The position numbers were made by a program, and so were the translations under genes. This document shows positions 1 to 8,422 of a DNA stretch of 19,770 nt, in pieces. Source of the stretch: Nitrospirota bacterium. GTDB taxonomy: Bacteria > Nitrospirota > JACRHJ01. The notes beneath the pieces were generated by a model, which did not search any database, was not told the origin of the DNA, and saw nothing but the letters and a program-made list of their open reading frames with translations. Each line of letters starts with the position of its first letter. Within the stretch, counting starts at the first letter, position 1. Where the stretch lies: assembly GCA_963845245.1 (NCBI GenBank), contig CAWJRJ010000001.1:1-19770 (forward strand). The letters run 5' to 3'.

Positions 1-590
1 TAGGAAGTTGGGTATGACCTTTCGAATGGAACCATCGCGGTTGACCCCGGGGTCACAGTTGACCTAGATACGCGGGGTCAAAGGTCACCAAAAGCGTATA
101 AGCTGAATAACTCAGAAACGGCTCGAGATAGATGAAAAATGTCAACAGACAGCAAATAGGAATGTGGGCATGACCTATCGATTGGTGCTATCCATGTTTC
201 CCCTGGGGTCAAGGGTGACCTAGATAAGCGGGGTCAAAGGTCACCAAAAGTAGGTCAGCGGAATAACTCGGAAACGGTTCGAGTTAGACAAAAAATGTCA
301 AAGGAACGCAAATAGGAAGTTGGGTATGACCTTTCGAATGGAACCATCGCGGTTGACCCCGGGGTCACAGTTGACCTAGATACGCGGGGTCAAAGGTCAC
401 CAAAAGCGTATAAGCTGAATAACTCAGAAACGGCTCGAGATAGATGAAAAGTGTCAACAGACCGCAAATAGGAATGTGGGCATGGCCTATCGAATGGTAC
501 CGTCACGGTTGACCTGCCTATTGAATGTTGCTATGCGTATGGGGCCCTGGTTACGGGTGACCTCGATTCGAATGGTTACAGGTCACCAGA
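1..590. repeat. 156-bp tandem repeat with dimeric (312-bp) higher-order structure, eukaryote-like satellite/Helitron-associated core repeat
   Basis: Monomers start with TAGGAA at 1, 157, 313 and 469 (period 156). Monomers 1-156 and 313-468 differ at only 2 positions, 157-312 is a diverged variant, and the fourth copy decays after ~510. Rich in GGGGTCAAAGGTCA/TGACC motifs, with palindrome TGACCCCGGGGTCA at 42-55. No ORF. Confidence 0.9.
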
Positions 591-811
591 AGTAGCTAGT
601 GACCGAAGTCGAGGTCTGTTCTTTATGAGAAATAGTTCATTGTGCGTTGTATTAGTGTTCACTTTGAAACACTTAGTAAAAACGGCAAATATAAATACAA
701 AAAACTTAACAGTTTCTAAGTGGTGTTATAGACGACCGTAGATGTCATTCGTATAAAACGGCAAATATCAAATTTGTTTGTGACCGTGTAAGGCGGCTAT
801 ACACTGTAAGT

Positions 812-2891
812 GGGTCGCCGCTTTCGTTACCACAAACTGCATGATGGTACGGGTATTTGGCCCGTAGCCAGGCAGCGTGGAAGGTGCTCCGCCAGTACGG
901 TCTGGTCCGGATCGCCAGTGTAGTAGTCGTGGCGAGGGTCAAACGCGGGCACAGGGGCGGGCGCATCGTTATAGAGAATTATTTTTGAGCCGGGCCTGGA
1001 CTCCGGAGAAGTCAACGATGACGTCCGCACGCTCTGCAGGACCAAGAATCAATCGTCTTGGTTCTGCACATTCAAGACTACTATGTCCCTGCGGTTGTAG
1101 TTATAGCCGACCGGCGTATTCGGCAGCACAACCGGCGCAGGCAGGAAACCGCCTTCTGTACCGATCTGGATAATCGACGGGCCTGCCGTGGCCGGGTCAG
1201 GTACGCCGCCATCCCTTCCATCCGTGGGCCAGGTCGCAGGCCATTTCGTCGAGCCCGGATGCGGGATAGCGGGGACCATTTTTACTTCCGTCGAATGTTC
1301 TTTGTCTGCAAAATAAAGTTGCAGGTTCAACATACGGTCATTGCACCCGTTCAGTATCCGGAACCGGTAGGCCTTGGGCTCCACCGTCAGGACGGGGTAC
1401 GGGGTGCCGTTGACCAGGGGTGTGTCCATAAAGGCTTCCGGCACAAGTGACGGGTTGGGCGTGCCTGGGTTATTTGTCCCCTCAAGGGGAGTAGTGCCTG
1501 CAAGCGGGTTGGCTGCCAGCCCGTGCGCTAGCAGGTCAGGTGTAACCGGAGGCCAGAACCATGGGCCGTAATCCCACCTCCCCATCGCGTTTACACCCGA
1601 ATCGTCGAAAGGGTTCTGGTTCGGCATATAGACGTGTGGGAACCACAGGTCGCCTGTGTGCGGTATCGGAGGCGTTGTCCCCCAGTTCCAGGTTGGGTCC
1701 TGATTGGCAATTCTTGTGGCGTCGACGAAGGTCTTGTCCTGGATTATCAGGGGTATGCCATAGCGGTAGACCCCCATCCCGAGGCCGGGGATAACACCGT
1801 TGTCAATCAAGCCTGTCTTCAACCGGGTCGGTTATCAGGTAACCCGCAACTTCTCCCGCATATACGTTGAGGCGGGTGATTCCGTATGCGTGGTCGTGGA
1901 AGAACATCATCCGCGAGCTCTGTTGGTTGGTCCAGTAAAACGTTGCCATCCCGTCGCCCGGGTCGCCGCCAAACATATCAGGGACGTTTTGCTGGCTGTC
2001 GCCTTTTTTGAAGGGGGTCGGGTCGCCCGCAGGGGTTATCCACTGGTGGGGCGTACCGTCGCTTATCCACGGGGTGACGCCGCCGTGCAGGTGTAGGGTG
2101 GCGCGGTTCTGTGTGTATATGCTGCTAACATCACCAAAGACGTTGAAACCCATGCCAGCCCCCATGGCGGTGGTATCTACTGGGATGAATAAATTACTGC
2201 TGGGGTTGTCAGACGTCGGGAGCATATTGGTGAACTTGATGCGCACCGGCCGGTCTTTTTGGGCGATGATTAATGGCCCAAGATAATGGGCGCGTGAATG
2301 GGCTGAGGTCTGATTCCCAAAGACCGGGTTCAGGTCTACATACCCGCGCAGTCTGGTGGCGGGCAGGTCCGAATGCATCTTCTCGGAGTACTCGACCAGC
2401 CCTAGCTGGTAATAATCGGAGCCCGGGAAGGAAGTGGTGTTCGCAAAGGCGACCGGGATATACTGGCCGAGATTGTTCGCATTGGCTGGCCCAACGCCCG
2501 GCAGCGTGTCGACAAATTTCCTGATGCCGCCGGTAATAACAGTCCCGGCAACCGTCGGGATCGGGCTGTTTGCATAGTTAGGGGTGGTGCCGAAATAGTC
2601 TGGCGTACCGCCGGGACCCGGAGGCGCAGGCACGAAAGCCGGAATAGCGGTCAGTGAGATGCCTGCGGGCTGCACGGCCTTTAGCCGGGCCGCCGCGGCG
2701 CGGGCCGCCGCCGCCTTCCTCTGTTCAGCACTCATCATACTTCTCATTATTGGTTGGCCGGTCATGGGGTTAATCGCTGGAACAACTTGTGCGGTTGAAT
2801 CAGCCAAGGACTGATTGGATCCCCAATAATAAATGGGGGAGGCAATAGCTATTATTGCCAGTGTGAATATTAATTTCTTAATAATACCCAT
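812..2891 (-). CDS. Large secreted multicopper oxidase (Geobacter OmpB / Leptothrix MofA-like), frameshifted and 3'-truncated
   Basis: ATG at 2891 with RBS GAGGAGG and a hydrophobic N-terminal signal. Cu motifs LHLHGG and FFHDHAYGITRLNVYAG. Joining frames across indels at ~1808, ~1060, ~1053, ~993 and ~898 gives ...YRFRILNGCNDR...GPAERADVIVDFS...GGAPSTLPGYGPNTRTIMQFVV. Homology then stops at ~815, before the C-terminal HPxHxH/HCH domain. Confidence 0.85.
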
Positions 2892-3052
2892 TTGATTCCT
2901 CCTCTTAGATAACTAAGATGGTCGCTTCCAACTTGATACCCTGATACAATCTGATGATCGGCATCGGCTATTACATAGATTAAGAAATACCAAATAGGTC
3001 AGCCTTCGTTCTTTGGATAGTCAAGTTTGATAAATATAGGTTTAAGATTTAC

Positions 3053-3086
3053 AAAGATTATTGATTAATAAATATCAATAATCTTT
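3053..3086. promoter_or_regulatory. 13-bp perfect inverted repeat upstream of the multicopper oxidase (candidate operator)
   Basis: AAAGATTATTGAT-N8-ATCAATAATCTTT in the AT-rich intergenic region, next to a minus-strand TTGACA at 3092-3097. Confidence 0.45.
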
Positions 3087-3223
3087 AATACTGTCAAGTT
3101 GGTGGGGTTACATATAACTGGGGGGAGAATACGTAATTTTTTAGCTGTTTATTGTATAAATTATAAAGTTTAAAATTAGAATCAAAATAGCAATAATAAC
3201 AGTAGCTAATAGCTCAATTAGTA

Positions 3224-4117
3224 TTACTGGTATCCCATCTCTTTCAAGATGCCCGGCTTCTCGCGCCAGTCTTTCTTAACCTTCACGAAAAGCTCAAGAA
3301 ATACCTTTGTGCCGAGCAGGGCTTCGATGTCCTTGCGGGCGGCCTGTCCAATGCTTTTGAGCATCTGCCCTTTCGCGCCTATGATGATCCCTTTGTGGGA
3401 CTCCTTCTCAACATATATGTCGGCGCGGGTATAGATAATGTCGCCCTTGTCCTTCATGTCCTCCACCAGCACGGCGGTAGAGTAGGGGACCTCGTCCTTG
3501 GTCATCCTGAATATCTTCTCCCGTATTATCTCGGCCACGATGAACCGCTCCGGCTGGTCTGACAGTTCGTCTTCCGGGAAGTATTGTGGGCCGGCAGGCA
3601 TGCTCTTTATTATGGTAGCCTTGAGGTCATCGAGGTTCTCACCCTTGAGCGACGATACTGGTATCACCTCATCGAAGCCGTACATGCTCGCGTATCTTTC
3701 AATGACAGGCAGGATCTTCGGCTTCTCGACAAGGTCTATCTTGTTTATGACGAGGAAGGTCTTTGTCTTGAGGCTCCTTAACAGTTCGACAATCTCTTCC
3801 TCCATCGGGCCGGGTTTGCTGTTTGCCTCCACCATGAAGATGATGAGGTCGACCTCCTTGCAGGCCTCCTTCGCCGCCTTCACCATATACTCGTTCAGGA
3901 GACCTTTGGGCCTGTGGATGCCTGGCGTATCGAGGAACACCACCTGCACGCCCGGCTCGTTCAGTATGCCGGTCACCTTGTTCCTGGTGGTCTGAGGCTT
4001 GTCGGAGGTTATAGCTATCTTCTCACCCAACAGGGCGTTCATGAGCGTAGACTTGCCAGCGTTCGGGCGGCCTATTATGGTTACAAAACCTGATTTGAAC
4101 TTCTTTTCTTTAGTCAA
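3224..4117 (-). CDS. era: GTPase Era
   Basis: G1 GRPNAGKST, KPQTTR, DTPG, NKID, and a C-terminal KH domain (GIIIGAKG). TTG start with RBS AGGAG. Intact, 297 aa. Confidence 0.97.
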   Translation of the reverse strand: MTKEKKFKSGFVTIIGRPNAGKSTLMNALLGEKIAITSDKPQTTRNKVTGILNEPGVQVVFLDTPGIHRPKGLLNEYMVKAAKEACKEVDLIIFMVEANSKPGPMEEEIVELLRSLKTKTFLVINKIDLVEKPKILPVIERYASMYGFDEVIPVSSLKGENLDDLKATIIKSMPAGPQYFPEDELSDQPERFIVAEIIREKIFRMTKDEVPYSTAVLVEDMKDKGDIIYTRADIYVEKESHKGIIIGAKGQMLKSIGQAARKDIEALLGTKVFLELFVKVKKDWREKPGILKEMGYQ

Positions 4118-4125
4118 AATCTCTC

Positions 4126-4729
4126 CTATTCCCAGCGTTTATAAAGGTCGTTCTCGATGCCCATCAGGTCGAGCGCACGGCCCACTATCGAGTCCACCAT
4201 GTCATGAATATTCTTCGGGTGGTTGTAGAACCCGGGCATGGCAGGGAGGATATGTACCCCCAGGCGCGAGAGCTTCAGCATGTTCTCTAAGTGTATTGAT
4301 GAGAGCGGGGTCTCGCGCGGGATGAGAAGCAGCGGCCGTCCGCTCCTTCAGTACCACGTCCGCAGCACGTTCAATCAGGTTGTTCGCGTACCCGTTCGCG
4401 ATTCCGGCAAGCGTCTTCATGGAGCACGGAGCGATGAACATGCCTGCTGTAATATATGACCCGCTCGATATCGGCGCGTAGAGGTTATCTTCAGAGTGGA
4501 ACGACACAGCCGCCAACTCAAGGTGCAGGTCGGTCTGGATTTTGTATGCCGTCTCGTTCTCGTCCGCTGCGGCCCAGTCGTACCCGACCTCGTCCTTCAG
4601 GATGGACAGCCCCTCACGGCTTGCAGTCACTGCAACCGAATGCCCCGCCGAGACAAGCGCCTTGATAACGCCCACACCGTATATGCTTCCTGACGCGCCG
4701 CTTATTGCCACAATGTATCTGGACATCAT
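4126..4729 (-). CDS. ubiX: Flavin prenyltransferase UbiX (futalosine-pathway MqnM-type), one frameshift
   Basis: [35 protein letters not shown]. An extra base at ~4340 restores [24 protein letters not shown]...[10 protein letters not shown]...LYKRWE, with stop at 4126-4128. Confidence 0.93.
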
Positions 4730-5583
4730 TACCTCATGTATACTGCAACTGCCGAGAATGCAAAAACCGTCACGCTGATGTAGCCGTTCATGTTGAAGAA
4801 CGCCGCGTCCAGCTTGTCAAGGTCGCCGTTTCGAAGGAGCAGATGCTCATACACCAGCATTGCCGCGACGACTCCTATCCCTATAAGATATATAAAGTGT
4901 AACCCGAGCGGGTAGTAAATGTAAAGAAGTCCCGCGATAGTGACCAAATGAAGGAGCCGCGCCACCCAGAGCGAGCCGTTCACGCCCAGGTATCTGGGTA
5001 TTGAATGCAGCCCCGCCTGCGTGTCGAACTCTATGTCCTGAAGCGCATAAAAGATGTCAAACCCGGCCACCCATGTAAGCACTGCGACGGCAAGTATTAT
5101 CACCGGCATGTCTATTGTCCCGCGTATCGCTATCCATGCGCCCACAGGCGCGAAGGCAAGGGCGAGGCCCAGGAATATGTGGCAGGCCCAGGTGAACCGC
5201 TTTGTCAGCGAGTAGAACGTCACGACCGCTATTGCGATAGGGGAGAGCTTCAGGCAGAGCGGGTTCAGCCTGTACGCGGAATATACCAGCAATGCGAAGG
5301 ATAGCAGGCTGAACAGCCCGACCTGCGCCTTAGTGAGCAGTCCGGCGGGTATGGCCCTCGTCTTTGTGCGCGGGTTCTTTGCGTCTATGTCCGCGTCCAG
5401 CATGCGGTTCATGCCCATCGCGCCGGAGCGCGCGCCGACCATCGCCAGCGTTATCCAGAGTATCTTGTCCCACGCGGGCATCCCGTTTGCGGCGAGCACT
5501 GCGGCCGTGAACGCGAACGGCAGTGCGAACACCGTGTGCGGGAACTTTATCATCTCAAGTATTACTTTTAATTTTTGGAACAT
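4729..5583 (-). CDS. ubiA: UbiA-family aromatic prenyltransferase (MqnP-like, menaquinone futalosine pathway)
   Basis: MIKFPHTVFALPFA start, NRMLDADIDAKNPRT Asp-rich motif, YSLTKRFT, GFDIFYALQDIEFD, AFFNMNG, and multiple TM helices. Lies between ubiD and ubiX. Confidence 0.93.
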   Translation of the reverse strand: MFQKLKVILEMIKFPHTVFALPFAFTAAVLAANGMPAWDKILWITLAMVGARSGAMGMNRMLDADIDAKNPRTKTRAIPAGLLTKAQVGLFSLLSFALLVYSAYRLNPLCLKLSPIAIAVVTFYSLTKRFTWACHIFLGLALAFAPVGAWIAIRGTIDMPVIILAVAVLTWVAGFDIFYALQDIEFDTQAGLHSIPRYLGVNGSLWVARLLHLVTIAGLLYIYYPLGLHFIYLIGIGVVAAMLVYEHLLLRNGDLDKLDAAFFNMNGYISVTVFAFSAVAVYMR

Positions 5584-5584
5584 T

Positions 5585-6226
5585 TTATTTCCTCTTACCT
5601 ATCATTGATATTCCTGCTACAAACTTCGGTTTGCCGCCGTTTGCCGGGTGGCGTATGTACTCCGCCTCCACGCCGATGTTTGCAAGCGCGAACTCGGCCG
5701 TGCGACCTATGGCGTATATCTGCCTGCCGGGGTACAGCGCCAGGAACGTCCGAAGCACGTCGACGGACTTGGCAAGCTCATCCTCCGTCGGTTTGCGGTT
5801 CTTGTTCTTCTCGCCCTGCTTGTATGTATGCCACGGGAATGCGTTCCAGAGTATCACGTCACTGCGCGCGGCAAGCTGGCCCCATACTATCGACGCGCTG
5901 TGCTCCTTCATCGGTTTGGGGACAAGGCTCGTCTTCTTGAAGCCATGCCCGCGCGCCCAAGGGAGGGGGTTCTCACCCATGATTAGCTCCTCGCTCGTGA
6001 AATGGATACCCGAGAAGCGGCATCCGTAGAAGCTCGGGGCCTCGCCCACAAGGATGTACTTCGCGTCCTTGAATATTTCCATGTACGCGATCAGGTTGTC
6101 GCGCCGTATCTTGTCCGCGCCGGGGATGTCGAATTCCGGGTCCACCTCGGCGTACTGGTTGAATACGTTCGGGCCGCGAAAATTATTTACTCCGCAAGGA
6201 GATGGGAAAGGCTCAATCTTTATCAT
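5585..6226 (-). CDS. Uracil-DNA glycosylase-like superfamily protein
   Basis: Motifs LVGEAPSFYGCRFSGIHFTSE, WNAFPWH, NRKPT and IRHPANGG match the UDG-fold motif A/B pattern. The N-terminal ~15 aa are uncertain. Confidence 0.75.
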   Translation of the reverse strand: MIKIEPFPSPCGVNNFRGPNVFNQYAEVDPEFDIPGADKIRRDNLIAYMEIFKDAKYILVGEAPSFYGCRFSGIHFTSEELIMGENPLPWARGHGFKKTSLVPKPMKEHSASIVWGQLAARSDVILWNAFPWHTYKQGEKNKNRKPTEDELAKSVDVLRTFLALYPGRQIYAIGRTAEFALANIGVEAEYIRHPANGGKPKFVAGISMIGKRK

Positions 6227-6599
6227 CCACTACATCACTGTAAGTGCCCAGTAAGCTCTTGGCTCGTGACATTGCGCCAGATGTTGAACGAATTGCGCCT
6301 CTACCCATTGCGCCGCCAAAAGTAGGTTCAATCCCCAAATTCGGTAGAGAAACTTTAGAGTGTATTGCACGAGTTAATGTAATTAATTCCTCCATCACTT
6401 CTTGGTTATTTCTTGATGGTGCAGGTTGTTCGCTACCTTTCTTCAATTCCTCTGTAGCAAGGGCTATTCCTTTATCAAAATCTGGCCAAAATCTATCAAA
6501 AATAGTGCTAAGTTTGGCGTCATCTAAGGCTCGTTCTTCCAATTGTTTGTTAATGCTTTTAAAGAGTTTTAACATGCCATCCTTGTTAGCGTTAACCGC
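6213..6599 (-). pseudogene. C-terminal half of a bacterial TIR-domain protein
   Basis: AVNANKDGMLKLFKSINKQLEERALDDAKLSTIFDRFWPDF...SRNNQEVMEELITLTR matches, from memory, the helical region that follows the TIR core in the MKxFISWSG-type TIR family. The start of the 6213-6683 ORF is unrelated sequence. Confidence 0.65.
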
Positions 6600-7095
6600 A
6601 TCATAAATTGCTTGCTGAACAGTCAAAGAGCTTTCTTCTGGTGCAGATTTATACGGATAATAATCTTCTGGACGAGCGTTCAATAAAACGTCTTGAAATG
6701 GCGGTATGATACCTTTTAGAAAAATTAGTAACTCGTTCTGATACTAATGATTTGATATGGTTAAAAGTTGAGTCCATTTCGATAAGAGATTCACGGCTTG
6801 CAGATACTATAGTATCTAGATAATTACATTCAACTAACGCTAAATAATGAGGAGATGGTGCGTCGGTCAGGTTTTTCGTCAGCTACCATTCGACCTTTGG
6901 CTGTATAAATTATTTGAGGAGGGAAACGTGAATTTTCGACTGGCTTGTTTAGCATTAGATGATTGATAGTTATTGGTTCAGGAATGTTTTCAGTGGAAGG
7001 AATTAATTCGTTTTCGCGAGATGATATAATTTTATTTATATCCAAAGACTCTTCCTGCACAACAATCTTATTTTTGGGATTGCCCAAGAGAAAAC
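6600..7095 (-). pseudogene. Internal fragment of an unrelated protein (possibly the mid-region of a GHKL/MORC-like ATPase)
   Basis: Frameshifted reading ...PPQIIYTAKGRMV...ALVECNYLDTIVSASRESL...DYYPYKSAPEESSLTVQQAIYD, with no start/RBS or proper end. The family assignment is from pattern memory only. Confidence 0.35.
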
Positions 7096-7197
7096 TACAA
7101 AAGGGTCTATGGCTTGTATTACCATAGAAAGCGTACTTTTTAATGCTGTGGCAATTATATGGCTCGAACCACCTGACCAACTAATAAAAAGCTTCAT
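7096..7197 (-). pseudogene. N-terminus of a bacterial TIR-domain protein (not in ORF track)
   Basis: RBS GAGGAGGA (7202-7209) then ATG at 7197: MKLFISWSGGSSHIIATALKSTLSMVIQAIDPFV, the canonical TIR beta-A FISWSG start. Similarity ends after DPFV and the frame stops at 7036. Confidence 0.8.
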
Positions 7198-7219
7198 ACA
7201 ATCCTCCTCAAAGGTCTAA

Positions 7220-7439
7220 TCATGATAACAAATTATTTATGTCAGAGCTATTAAGTACTTCGTAGCCTATTTGTCTTAAGGCTGCAAGGCGATCATATTG
7301 AAAAATAATACGTTCTTGATGTTCATTAATTGCAACCTGAAATGCCACTTCCAGCGCCTTAAATCAGATATTCGTAAAAAGGTTCTAATAAGTTGTCAAC
7401 ATGAGCGCCGTCATCTCTATTGGCTGCAGCAAGGTCTAC
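7220..7439 (-). pseudogene. C-terminal remnant of a conserved hypothetical protein (ANxDGGAHVD...RQIGYEVL family)
   Basis: Translation LAAANRDDGAHVDNLLEPFYEYLI* then, after a shift, RLAALRQIGYEVLNSSDINNLLS* (stop 7220-7222). No 5' portion is present. Confidence 0.55.
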
Positions 7440-7450
7440 AGCTTTCCTAG

Positions 7451-8352
7451 TTATACAACTGTATTTTCTACTTTAAACTCATCTAAATTGGTTGTAAGTT
7501 TTTCTATCAATGATTTGAAGTGTTATATATTTCTTGCGCTTGTAGAAAGATATTGTACTCCATCAACAATTTCTGCAAATTTGAACGCCTGTTCTGTTTT
7601 TGCAATGTTTGATTCTTGAATAACTTGATCAACTCGTCTTATTATTTGTTTCTTGACATCTTTCGGTAAAACACCCCAAAGAATTGGAATTGTAAATTCA
7701 ATATTTGACCTAAGTTCTGAAGCCGCTGCTGGGTGAACATATGATGTGAAAATCCTATTTGCAAGTTCATTTTTATATGTTTCCGGTAATTCTCCAAGTG
7801 CATTCTCAATAGCAATTTCATTGCGGTCAAAATCAGCGCTACCAAAATTGTCATATAATCATCAATGTCAATAATTTGAGAAGGATAATCTTCATTTAGA
7901 ACATATTTAATGCAATCGTCCATCATAGCTAATACCTTCAGAAATGAAGGTTCGCTACTTTTAGGATGCCCATCGAAAATGTGGCGAGTTTCTTTTGCAT
8001 GCTTTAATATCTTGCTAGCTTCCCAGCCGATTACACCAATTTTATATGCACCTTCAATTAGCTGATCATCATTTACATAATTTTGAAAATCTTCATAGAT
8101 TTTAATTTCTCTGCTGAGGGTGACCTCTTTATTGAAGAGAGCCAAACTTCTATGAATTATCTTATTTCTCAAATCATCAACAACAGCATTCCAGAATGAC
8201 CCAATTGCACTTCGATAACCACCCACAGGCAAAACTTTAATAGCCTCAAGAATATATGTATTTTCTCTAATATCTTCTCTTACAGATGAGAGAACCATAG
8301 CAAATAGAGGGGCAACGTCTTTCTTATCTATAGATATTAAGTTTTTTCCCAT
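7451..8352 (-). pseudogene. AT-rich hypothetical protein with HEPN-like RxxxxxH motif, frameshifted and truncated
   Basis: ATG 8352 with RBS AGGAG. LEAIKVLPVGGYRSAIGSFWNAV and ETRHIFDGHP. A shift at ~7843 continues as GSADFDRNEIAIENALGELPETYKNELANRIF...EIVDGVQYLSTSAR, followed by in-frame stops at ~7523 and ~7451. Confidence 0.6.
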
Positions 8353-8422
8353 AGTGAATGTATCTCCTAAACAGGAACATTTTATCGATTATCCATGCTT
8401 GTTGAATTACATTATGAAGTCG

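Noticed and set aside
1..590. CRISPR array or bacterial repeat protein gene
   Set aside because: Whole 156-bp units repeat with no unique spacers, there is no long ORF, and there are no cas genes.
6802..6817. 16-bp perfect palindrome AGATACTATAGTATCT
   Set aside because: It lies within an AT-rich coding remnant, and a single palindrome of this length is plausible by chance in 20 kb.
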